NCBI RefSeq assembly: GCF_900167395.1
Contig: NZ_FUWK01000001.1
Location: 1 to 32,000, forward strand
Source: Nitrosomonas europaea
Lineage (GTDB): Bacteria; Pseudomonadota; Gammaproteobacteria; Burkholderiales; Nitrosomonadaceae
Length of the DNA: 32,000 bases
Reading direction: 5' to 3'
Shown: one piece after another, positions 8,127 to 17,803 of the stretch
Numbering within the stretch: position 1 is the stretch's first letter
Layout: each line of letters opens with the position of its first letter
Position numbers and translations under genes: made by a program
The notes under the pieces: model-generated
Databases searched by the model: none
What the model saw: the letters and a program-made list of their open reading frames with translations, nothing else
Told to the model about the DNA's origin: nothing

Positions 8127-10679
8127 ATGTCGCTGCTTCAATCATCCTGCCGCGTTGCATTCGCAGCGCTGCTACACGATCTGGGAAAATTTCACGAACG
8201 AACTGGCCAGCCGGTTAACGGTGATCTCGCTGCGCTGACCACGCTCTACAGATATTCACATGCTGCCCACACCGGCGGCATGTGGGATGTCGTGGAAAAA
8301 TACGCGCCTGATCTTCTGCGAGGAGATGTTGCTCCTTTTTCCGGCCGTACCAGCGGTGCCGATATTACCGATAGCATGGCCAATGCCGCAGCAGCGCACC
8401 ATAAACCGGGAACACTGTTGCAGTGGATCATTGCCACGGCTGACCGGGCTGCTTCCGGTTTCGAACGCACAAAGTTTGATGAATACAACGCTGATGCAGA
8501 AGGAGAAACACCACAGCATAAAAACCGCTTTCAGGCGCGGATGATCAGTTTGTTCGAGCAGATCAAAATCAACGCACAAGCTCCTGTCGGCCAGTTCAAG
8601 CATGCCTACCCCTTGCGGGCACTTGGGCCAGAAGCTATTTTTCCTGACAAACGCGCTGTCATTGAGCCGAATGAAAATAAAACAGCACAAGCCGAGTATG
8701 CCGCGCTGTGGGAACAATTTTTGCAAGCACTGGAATCTATCCCAAAGTCACACCGCAGCAACTGGCCGTTATGGCTGGATCATTTCGATTCCGCCTGGCT
8801 AACCTTTACCCAGGCGATTCCTTCAGCGACCAATCGGGGCGTGGTGCCGGATGTTTCCCTCTATGACCATAGCAAGGCAGTGGCTGCGCTGGCTGCTGCC
8901 CTGTGGCGCTGGCACGAGGAAACCGGTAACACCGGTGCCGATGCCCTGGCAAAACTGAGCGATTCGGAACGCCCTGACTGGGATGAACAAAAATTGCTGC
9001 TGATCCAGGGTGATTTTTTCGGTATTCAGAACTTCATTTTTGCGCAGGGCGCACAAACACAAAAACACGCCCACAAGCTGTTGCGCGGTCGCTCTTTTCA
9101 AGTGGCACTGCTGGCGGAAATGGCGGCACTCAAGCTGCTGGAAACCCTGCAATTACCGTCAACCAGTCAGATTATCAATGCTGCCGGTAAATTTCTTATC
9201 GTCGCACCTAATACGCCTTCAGCGCGCGAGGCAGTAGAAACCTGTCGGCGCAGTTTCGATCAATGGTGTTTGCAGCACACCTATGGCGAGATCAGTGTGG
9301 GGATTGCTTCTACCTCCGCCAGTTGCAACGATCTGCGAAGTGATAGATTTAGAACGCTTACACAAAAGCTGTTCGGGGCGCTGGATGTTGCCAAGCACCG
9401 GCGTTTTGATCTGTGTGGCAACACCGCTGCGGTGCGTGATGTTTCTTTTGCCGACGGACCTTGTGACTATCACGGGCGGTATCCGGCCGATTGTGCAGCA
9501 GAGGGGGACAAATCGGCCTCCTGTGCGCTGTCACGTGACCAGATCGTCATCGGCGAAGCGCTCACCAAACATGCACGACTGCTGGTATTAAACACAGCTG
9601 ACAGCTTCAAAAAGCCACTCGATCTGGATTACTTCGGTTATCGCCTGATATTTGTCAATGAAGCGGATGCTTCCGGCCATTACGGCAAACTGGCCGAACA
9701 GGGGGAACTGGTACGCGCCTGGGATTTTGATCTGCCTGATAAGAATGGTACCTGCTTTCACGGTTATGCCCGACGTTTTGTTAACAGTTATGTGCCGATT
9801 TGGGACGAAAATGAGAAGAAAGATGATCCAGCTTATAAGCGTCTCAGTCAGGAAGATCTAGGCGATACTTCGCCAGGAAAACTCAAAACTCTTCACTCTA
9901 TTGCTGCCGGCAGTAATAACGAAATCGCGCTGGTCACGCTCAAGGGCGATATCGACAACCTCGGGGCGCTATTTCAGAGCGGCCTTGCAGAACCGACTTT
10001 TGCGCGCTGGGCTTCACTCTCGCGTCAGGTCAACGCCTTTTTTGCGCTGTGGCTGCCGTGGTACTGCGCCCATGGCGAGAACAGACGCTTTCGCAACACT
10101 TACACGGTATTTGCCGGTGGTGACGATTTTTTTCTGATCGGCCCTTGGGAATCCACACTTGAACTGGCGGGTGCCATGCGCAAGGCATTCGCACGTTATG
10201 TGGTGCGTGATGACATCACCTTTTCGCTGGGTGCTGTTATGACCCAACCAAAAATACCAGCACGCCAGCTTGCCGTTGCGGCTGAATCCGGTCTGAATGC
10301 CGCCAAACAGCACTATGGAAAGAATGCCGTCAGCTTGTGGGGTGTTACCGTTGGCTGGGCAGAATGGCGAACACTCATGAAGGAGCGTCGTGATGCACTG
10401 GAACGGTTGATCAGTGAAGCGGGGGGGTTATCCACCGGTTTTATTTACAACCTGCTGCTGTTATCCGACCAGGCGGAACGTGATGATCCCAAAAGAGATG
10501 ATCGTCGCCCGGAAGATGCTTTGTGGCGTTCACGCCTGGCGTATCGCTGTGCCCGGCTGCCAAAAAATCAGCAAATGGTTGGTAAAGCACTCGCCCGCGA
10601 ATGTGGCGAAGCCTTGAAACAATACCGTGGTGCTTACCGTCTCCCGGTTTCGGTGCTGCTGTACCGTCAGCGACAATGA
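8127..10679 (+). CDS. cas10: Cas10/Csm1, type III large subunit with HD nuclease and GGDD cyclase motifs
   Basis: HD dyad in FAALLHDLGKF (CAC GAT at 8175-8180). First palm LLLIQGDFFGIQNFIF. Cys-rich segment GPCDYHGRYPADCAAEGDKSASC. Cyclase motif VFAGGDDFFLIGPW (GGDD at 10116-10127). Confidence 0.95.
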   Translation: MSLLQSSCRVAFAALLHDLGKFHERTGQPVNGDLAALTTLYRYSHAAHTGGMWDVVEKYAPDLLRGDVAPFSGRTSGADITDSMANAAAAHHKPGTLLQWIIATADRAASGFERTKFDEYNADAEGETPQHKNRFQARMISLFEQIKINAQAPVGQFKHAYPLRALGPEAIFPDKRAVIEPNENKTAQAEYAALWEQFLQALESIPKSHRSNWPLWLDHFDSAWLTFTQAIPSATNRGVVPDVSLYDHSKAVAALAAALWRWHEETGNTGADALAKLSDSERPDWDEQKLLLIQGDFFGIQNFIFAQGAQTQKHAHKLLRGRSFQVALLAEMAALKLLETLQLPSTSQIINAAGKFLIVAPNTPSAREAVETCRRSFDQWCLQHTYGEISVGIASTSASCNDLRSDRFRTLTQKLFGALDVAKHRRFDLCGNTAAVRDVSFADGPCDYHGRYPADCAAEGDKSASCALSRDQIVIGEALTKHARLLVLNTADSFKKPLDLDYFGYRLIFVNEADASGHYGKLAEQGELVRAWDFDLPDKNGTCFHGYARRFVNSYVPIWDENEKKDDPAYKRLSQEDLGDTSPGKLKTLHSIAAGSNNEIALVTLKGDIDNLGALFQSGLAEPTFARWASLSRQVNAFFALWLPWYCAHGENRRFRNTYTVFAGGDDFFLIGPWESTLELAGAMRKAFARYVVRDDITFSLGAVMTQPKIPARQLAVAAESGLNAAKQHYGKNAVSLWGVTVGWAEWRTLMKERRDALERLISEAGGLSTGFIYNLLLLSDQAERDDPKRDDRRPEDALWRSRLAYRCARLPKNQQMVGKALARECGEALKQYRGAYRLPVSVLLYRQRQ

Positions 10680-10695
10680 CGGCAAGCTTGCCGTC
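10678..10695. repeat. Palindrome GACGGCAAGCTTGCCGTC (copy 2), overlapping the cas10 stop codon
   Basis: Perfect 18-bp palindrome. As RNA it could form a 7-bp stem with an AGCU loop. Confidence 0.8.
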
Positions 10696-10761
10696 CGGCA
10701 ATCAAACCGGGCAGCCATTTATTATCAACACCTACTATCGACAACATCCGGAGATCACAAA

Positions 10762-11148
10762 ATGACACCTGACCTGAAAACCAGCCCGCCCCCAGCCACG
10801 CTTTTTTCCGAAGATGCGGAAGCTATCGCAAAGTACCTTGATGAAAGCGCTAAAAACGGGCGCGATTCAGGCAAAAATAAATCGACTCAAATCCGGCGTT
10901 TCTACGATGAACTGGTTGGTTGGCAGGAGCGCATTGGTACAGATGAGCAAAAATTCAGGGATTACGCAGCCTTTATCCACATGCTCAATGCCAAGGCTGC
11001 CTATGCGCAAGGCCGCAATCTTGTAACCAGAGAATTCGTTCAATGGTTACGCGACTGCATCAAGCAGATTGACGGGCCACGCACTTTGAATCATTTCCGG
11101 CTGCACTTTGAAGCCATGATCGGGTTTCTCAAGGCAATTCGCGGCTAG
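10762..11148 (+). CDS. csm2: Csm2-like small subunit (128 aa)
   Basis: I prefer the ATG at 10762 (GGAGATCACAAA ATG). It is a small helical protein with KSTQIRRFYDEL, which resembles the Csm2 TQxRKFY motif, and it sits between cas10 and csm3. Confidence 0.7.
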   Translation: MTPDLKTSPPPATLFSEDAEAIAKYLDESAKNGRDSGKNKSTQIRRFYDELVGWQERIGTDEQKFRDYAAFIHMLNAKAAYAQGRNLVTREFVQWLRDCIKQIDGPRTLNHFRLHFEAMIGFLKAIRG

Positions 11149-11211
11149 ATAACGCTGCCAACCATGACATTTCCGTTTTTTCGATTATTTGCAGCCTGAA
11201 AGGAACTCACC

Positions 11212-11928
11212 ATGCAACTTGATACCATCCATAAAATCACCGGCACCCTCATCCTCAAATCCGGACTGCATATCGGCGCGGGCGACAGCGAAATGCGTAT
11301 CGGCGGTACCGACAGCCCTGTGGTCAAGGATCCGCTCACCGATCAGCCTTATATCCCCGGTTCATCGCTGAAAGGCAAAATTCGCAGTCTGCTGGAATGG
11401 CGGCATGGGCTGGTAGTAGCAACGGGAGGCGCACCCTATTCGTTCAAACATCTCGCCCAGGATGAAAATAATTCAGCCGGGCGCGATGTCATCAAACTGT
11501 TTGGTGGTGCGCCGGACAAGGCAGAAGATCAGCTCGTCAAAAATATTGGTCCCACTCGCCTTGCTTTCTGGGATTGTCCGTTGAATGGTGACTGGAAAAA
11601 GGAAGCAGCCGATTCCCGTCACCTGCTGACGACCGAAGTCAAATCGGAGAACTCCATCAACCGTATCGCGGGTACAGCTGAGCACCCTCGCTTTATCGAG
11701 CGAGTAATCGCTGGAGCGCGCTTTGATTTCACCCTCACGCTCAAAGTATTGGAAGGAGATGATCTGCTCAACACCGTGCTGCTTGGTCTGCGACTGCTGG
11801 AGCTGGATAGCCTCGGCGGTTCCGGTTCGCGCGGTTACGGCAAGATCAAATTTGCGGAGCTGAAGCTCGACGGCACGGACTTAATGGAACAGTTCCACGC
11901 TATCACCCCATTCAACCAAACGGCCTGA
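11212..11928 (+). CDS. csm3: Csm3 (Cas7-family RAMP, crRNA backbone / target RNase subunit)
   Basis: ITGTLILKSGLHIGAGDSEMRIGGTDSPVVKDPLTDQPYIPGSSLKGKIRSLLE and a C-terminal glycine loop LGGSGSRGYGKI. AAGGAA RBS lies upstream. Confidence 0.9.
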   Translation: MQLDTIHKITGTLILKSGLHIGAGDSEMRIGGTDSPVVKDPLTDQPYIPGSSLKGKIRSLLEWRHGLVVATGGAPYSFKHLAQDENNSAGRDVIKLFGGAPDKAEDQLVKNIGPTRLAFWDCPLNGDWKKEAADSRHLLTTEVKSENSINRIAGTAEHPRFIERVIAGARFDFTLTLKVLEGDDLLNTVLLGLRLLELDSLGGSGSRGYGKIKFAELKLDGTDLMEQFHAITPFNQTA

Positions 11929-11932
11929 AATA

Positions 11933-12883
11933 ATGACTCCACTGCGTGCAATTCTTCGGCTGCGTTCGCCACTGGGTACCCCGCTGGCGGGTGATACCTT
12001 GTTTGGTCAGCTTTGCCATGCTGTCCGCGAAATGCTGGGGGAAGAAAAACTCGAAGCACTGCTCGATGGTTACACCGCCGGCAGCCCCTGGCTGGTGGTT
12101 TCCGATGGGTTCCCGAGTGGTTACCTGCCGCGTCCCACCGTTGCAGCAGCATTACAGGCAAACAGCGAGGAAGATCCGAAAAAACGCAAGGAAGCCAAGG
12201 GCAAACGCTGGATTCCACACAGCCAGATTGCACAACCACTGCGCCAGTTACTCAGTAGCGCCGTTTCTGATGAAGAGGTTTACGGTAAACAGAGCAGGCC
12301 GATCCAGGCTGCCGCGTTTCATAACACACTCAACCGGCTGACCGGCACGACAGGTACAGGTGAATTTGCACCTTACACCCAGTCACAAATTTTCTACCAG
12401 CGCGATCAGCGCATGGATTTGTGGTGTGTACTCGATGAAGATCGCCTACCGCGTGAAACATTGCACCAGTTGCTTGAATATATTGGCAGTGTTGGCTATG
12501 GCCGTGATGCCAGCATCGGCCTGGGAAAATTTGCTGTGGAGCAGATAGAGGAAGCGGCATTATTCAAACAAACACACCCGAATGCCAATGCTTACTGGAC
12601 GCTGGCACCTTGCTCACCGCAAGGACAAGGTTTTAAAACCTCACGCAGTTACTGGCAGGTACTGACCCGTTTTGGCCGGCATGGCGGCACGCTGGCACTG
12701 GGCGCCAATCCATTCAAGCAACCGCTGCTGCTGGCGGCAACAGGCGCCATTTTTGCACCGACAAACAACATGGCGCAAATCCATTTCATTGGCAGCGGTC
12801 TGGCAAAGGTATCGCTGATGCAAACGGCAGCAGTCCACCAGGGTTATGCACCGGTACTGGGAATTTGTATGGAGGCTATCTGA
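11933..12883 (+). CDS. csm4: Csm4 (Cas5-family RAMP)
   Basis: RLRSPLGTPLAGDTLFGQLCHA at the N-terminus and a glycine loop SVGYGRDASIGLGKF. Its position follows csm3. Confidence 0.8.
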   Translation: MTPLRAILRLRSPLGTPLAGDTLFGQLCHAVREMLGEEKLEALLDGYTAGSPWLVVSDGFPSGYLPRPTVAAALQANSEEDPKKRKEAKGKRWIPHSQIAQPLRQLLSSAVSDEEVYGKQSRPIQAAAFHNTLNRLTGTTGTGEFAPYTQSQIFYQRDQRMDLWCVLDEDRLPRETLHQLLEYIGSVGYGRDASIGLGKFAVEQIEEAALFKQTHPNANAYWTLAPCSPQGQGFKTSRSYWQVLTRFGRHGGTLALGANPFKQPLLLAATGAIFAPTNNMAQIHFIGSGLAKVSLMQTAAVHQGYAPVLGICMEAI

Positions 12884-14625
12884 TGAAGTTTCTGGATACG
12901 CAAGAACTGGTTGTGAGTACTTTGTCACCAGTGCACATTGGTTGCGGCGAAGACTATGAGCCTACCGAATATGTGGTTGATACATCTGGCGTACTACATC
13001 GATTCAATGCAGGCATACTGCCTGATTTAAGTGATGCGGGTATTTCCAGCGATATTCTCACCATATTATCTAATGACGAAGCGCACACGGAACAATTGCG
13101 TGCAGTACATAAAGTGCTCAGTAAGTATCGCGACAAAATCATTCCACTAGCCAGCGTCCACGTTTCGATGTGTACTGGTGTGCATGCGCACTATAAAAGT
13201 ACGCAGGATAAAAAAAATGATTTCAACCGGAATGGTGTCGAGCGAACTTCGTATCAACCGTTCAATCAGTTGCCTTATCTTCCGGGTAGCAGCATCAAGG
13301 GTGCTATCCGGACAGCTATTCTCAACGAGCACATCGCAGGTAATAACCCGTGTTCGACGGTGCTCATGAGGCAGATTCAAGATTTCAACACCATGATCGA
13401 GGAGTACGACCCTGGTAATGGCAAATTGCTGTTACGGCTGAAGCTCCAACACACGAAGTGGGATTACGATCGGGCACGTAAAAACATTGAGAAAGCCATT
13501 GCAGATGTTTCATCTGCTCTTGGTACTGATTTGCTCGGCGGTAAATTTGAAACCGATCCGCTGCGCGCCCTCAAAGTGAGTGACGCTGCCCCACTTGATA
13601 TTGAAATTGAGCGCGAGATTCGCTTTTGTCTTAATCGCAGCCGATCCGGCCGTCGCAGTCAGGCGCAGGTAAAGAATCTCTATACTCGCCTGGAATACAT
13701 TCTTGAACACCAACCCGCCGCCTTCAGTTTATCTCTGACATTGCAAAATCTTCATGAGATCGCGGGGAGGCGCAACCATCGCAATGAACTCATAAGCCCT
13801 TCAGCCGATAAATTGTTGTTATGGACAGGTATCGTCAAGGCATGTAACAGCTACTATCTAAATCGGTTGGACGATGACCTCGCTATGCTTGGGAAGCTCT
13901 ATCCGACATCAGAATGGAGAAAACAGACTCAAAGCATCCTTGATGCTGGTTTGCGTGACCAAATTAAAACCGGCAATTGCCTTTTGCTGCGAATCGGCAA
14001 ACATGGTGGCGCAAACAGCAATACTGTTAGTGGCCGCCAAATCAAGATCATGCTCAATGAGGATAAGCGCGAGGCCAATGGCAAAGAAGAAAAGATACGT
14101 CTTTATACGTTCGATGACGAATCCCGAACCATCTGGTATTGCGGTGACGATCTGGACAAGCCATCTGATCTTTTGCCACACGGCTGGATCGTCCTGAGTA
14201 ACCCGGATCAGATTTGGCATGCTGATCTACCCGGTTTTGAGCGACGTTGCGCCAGACAACAGGCGATTGCCGAGAGTGCCCGCCGCCAGGCTGAAGCTGC
14301 CGCCGCCGAACAGGCCAAAGCTGCAGCACAGGCTGCCCGCGAAGCTGCGTTGGCAGCCATGACGGAGAATCAGCGTCGTATCGAAGCATTTGTATCCATG
14401 TGCGCCCGGCGCGCAGAACAGCTCCGGGGTGGCAAGGAGAATCCCAATGCTGCCATTCACACAGCTGCACGAGAATTGGTAAAAGCTGCGCTGGAAGGTG
14501 CGGACTGGACAATCGACGAGAAATGCGCTGTTGCTGATGCGATCGAAGAATGGTTGCCCAAACTGGTCAAGGTGGAGCTCAAAGATGAACGTAAAAAGCT
14601 GAAACTATCAGCCTTGCGCACCTGA
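12883..14625 (+). CDS. csm5: Csm5-like RAMP with internal insertions and a C-terminal extension of about 135 aa (Ala-rich helix plus small domain)
   Basis: The ATG at 12883 is preceded by GGAGG and overlaps the csm4 stop (TGATG). Motifs: LSPVHIGCGEDYEP, LPYLPGSSIKGAIRTAIL, DPLRALKVSDA, LLLRIGKHGGANS, PHGWIVL. Then comes ARQQAIAESARRQAEAAAAEQAKAAAQAAREAALAAM (14251-14361) and a further 88 aa. Confidence 0.75.
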   Translation: MKFLDTQELVVSTLSPVHIGCGEDYEPTEYVVDTSGVLHRFNAGILPDLSDAGISSDILTILSNDEAHTEQLRAVHKVLSKYRDKIIPLASVHVSMCTGVHAHYKSTQDKKNDFNRNGVERTSYQPFNQLPYLPGSSIKGAIRTAILNEHIAGNNPCSTVLMRQIQDFNTMIEEYDPGNGKLLLRLKLQHTKWDYDRARKNIEKAIADVSSALGTDLLGGKFETDPLRALKVSDAAPLDIEIEREIRFCLNRSRSGRRSQAQVKNLYTRLEYILEHQPAAFSLSLTLQNLHEIAGRRNHRNELISPSADKLLLWTGIVKACNSYYLNRLDDDLAMLGKLYPTSEWRKQTQSILDAGLRDQIKTGNCLLLRIGKHGGANSNTVSGRQIKIMLNEDKREANGKEEKIRLYTFDDESRTIWYCGDDLDKPSDLLPHGWIVLSNPDQIWHADLPGFERRCARQQAIAESARRQAEAAAAEQAKAAAQAAREAALAAMTENQRRIEAFVSMCARRAEQLRGGKENPNAAIHTAARELVKAALEGADWTIDEKCAVADAIEEWLPKLVKVELKDERKKLKLSALRT

Positions 14626-14652
14626 AAATCTGTCATTAAATGTAAAAACAGT

Positions 14653-14916
14653 ATGAATTCAGCAATTTTGTCACAAGATGGTCGCGTGGTAATCCCCAAA
14701 AAATTCCGTAACAAACTGGAGATTAAAGAGGGGGATGAGGTTATCTGGAAGGAAGAGGACGAACAAATCATTCTCACCTCACGTCGGCAGGAACTTGAGC
14801 GTGCCGAACGTTTTTTTGGGCAAATGATGGCTGATTATGCCGGTGATTCTCTGGCAGATGAGTTGATCGCGGAGCGGCGAGCTGGAGCAATTTATGAGCA
14901 CACATCACATGGCTGA
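14653..14916 (+). CDS. AbrB/SpoVT (MazE-like) swapped-hairpin DNA-binding protein, 87 aa; no toxin partner
   Basis: ILSQDGRVVIPKKFRNKLEIKEGDEVIWKEEDEQIIL is the typical SpoVT-AbrB domain pattern. The 3' end overlaps the cas6 start by 23 nt. Confidence 0.8.
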   Translation: MNSAILSQDGRVVIPKKFRNKLEIKEGDEVIWKEEDEQIILTSRRQELERAERFFGQMMADYAGDSLADELIAERRAGAIYEHTSHG

Positions 14917-15846
14917 ATTTTCTTCTCCCACCCTGTCTCTGGGGCGTTATCGCCTTGACTGGCAGGTGACACGTTCAATCCGGTTGCCGGATTATGCCGG
15001 TTCCATGTTGCGCGGCGCGTTTGGACATGCCTTGCGCAGCATCGGCTGCATTACCCGGGAGAAGGATTGTACAACTTGTCCGCTGCGGCGCGACTGTCCC
15101 TACACCATACTGTTTGAACCGGTTCCACCTGAACATCATCCGTTGCAGGATTTCAGTAGGATTCCGGTACCTTACATCATTGAACCGCCAGAATGGGGAA
15201 CGCGTGTACTGCATCCCGGCGATACGCTGTCATTCCACTTCACACTGATCGGCTGTGCACTGCAGGAACTGCCCATTGCCATTCTGGCCTGGCGGCGTGC
15301 GCTGGCGCGCGGCATTGGCCCCGATGACGGCACAGCCGAACTGACCAGTATCGTGCTGGAACAGCCGGATAGTTCCATCCCGGTTTATACGCCGGAAAAC
15401 GGTCAGATCGAACCGCACGAAACCCGGCTTGCCTGCCCGCCACCGCCTGCTGCCACTATACGGCTGCATATCACCACCCCACTGCGCCTGCAGAACAATG
15501 GCGTGCCGCTCAAGGCACAGACTGTCACTGAGCGCGCCCTGCTCATGGCGCTGGTACGGCGGTTTGCGCTGATCAGCGAATTCCATGGCGAAGCTGCCTG
15601 GCAGCCGGATTTTCGCCACTTAGGTGAACTGACCAGTAGCGTAACCGGCAAGCGGCAACTCAGCTGGCGCGACTGGCAACGTTATTCCAGTCGGCAAAAA
15701 CAGAAAATGGCGCTAGGTGGACTGACCGGCCGCTGGGATTTGCACGGTGAGCTTGCTGCTTTCTGGCCGGCGCTGTGGTTTGGACAATGGCTCCATGCCG
15801 GCAAGAATGCCAGCTTTGGCCTGGGCCGCTACCGGATTATTGCCGC

Positions 15847-15850
<4 letters not shown>
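14894..15850 (+). CDS. cas6: Cas6-family crRNA endoribonuclease (long form, 318 aa) with a Cys4 cluster
   Basis: GGAG lies 6 nt upstream of the ATG. N-terminal RAMP pattern LPDYAGSMLRGAFGHALR. C52-x6-C59-x2-C62-x5-C68 (15047-15097). C-terminal glycine-rich loop GKNASFGLGRYRI. Confidence 0.75.
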
Positions 15851-17306
<1,456 letters not shown>

Positions 17307-17310
17307 TAAC

Positions 17311-17322
17311 GGCAAGCTTGCC
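17311..17322. repeat. Palindrome GGCAAGCTTGCC (copy 3), 5 nt after the csx1 stop
   Basis: Perfect 12-bp palindrome. It is followed by a TTGCCAT/ATGGCAA 7-bp inverted repeat (17318-17339). Confidence 0.8.
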
Positions 17323-17462
17323 ATATACCATCATGGCAATGCGAAACGATAAACTTTGCATCTGTCAGATTTTCTCGTGTCGTGCCATGAATCCATTCAA
17401 CGGATGACTGAGTTATCTGCCTACATTGGAAATAATTTATTTTTCAAACCAAGGAAAACAAA

Positions 17463-17621
17463 ATGTCAATATTAGACTCGATTCTTGGGGCTCTGGAAGA
17501 TGTGTTGAAAGAAGCCAAGGATATTCCAACAGAGAACCTTGCCATCATCGCAGTGACCACGATTGGCATCGCTGCAATCTTCAAAAATTCCGATTCAGAG
17601 AAGATTTCCTCTGATTGGTAA
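17463..17621 (+). CDS. Candidate 52-aa small protein with one hydrophobic helix (below the ORF-track cutoff)
   Basis: AAGGAAAA lies upstream of the ATG. The translation is MSILDSILGALEDVLKEAKDIPTENLAIIAVTTIGIAAIFKNSDSEKISSDW. I recognise no family, and it sits in the only long gap of the cas operon. Confidence 0.3.
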   Translation: MSILDSILGALEDVLKEAKDIPTENLAIIAVTTIGIAAIFKNSDSEKISSDW

Positions 17622-17803
17622 TTTTCCAGTCTCTCATTTTCGCCATCATTGCGAAGCCGCCCGTGGCAATTCGGTATCTTTGTATTGTCTGACTGGATTG
17701 CTTCGGTGTATCTACCTCGCAATAATTGTTCAAGCATTAGAAGACAGTGTCTTTACTGCTATAAATTTGCTTACTGAATACCTGCCAGGAAAATTGTTCC
17801 ACT

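Noticed and set aside
8246-10718. Numerous short ORFs on both strands inside cas10 (for example 8256-8726 and 8823-9152)
   Set aside because: They are out-of-frame or antisense within an 850-aa ORF that carries all the Cas10 motifs.
10627-10761. N-terminal extension of the csm2 ORF that overlaps the cas10 3' end
   Set aside because: The extension has a non-ATG start and covers the palindrome. The ATG at 10762 with a GGAG-containing upstream sequence gives a typical 128-aa small subunit.
17580-17600. TTCAAAaattccGATTCAGAG, faintly resembling the 3' half of the CRISPR repeat (TTCAAAGGGATTGAGAC)
   Set aside because: The match needs a 3-4 nt gap and has mismatches in the handle, and the 5' half of the repeat has no match. 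It is most likely chance.
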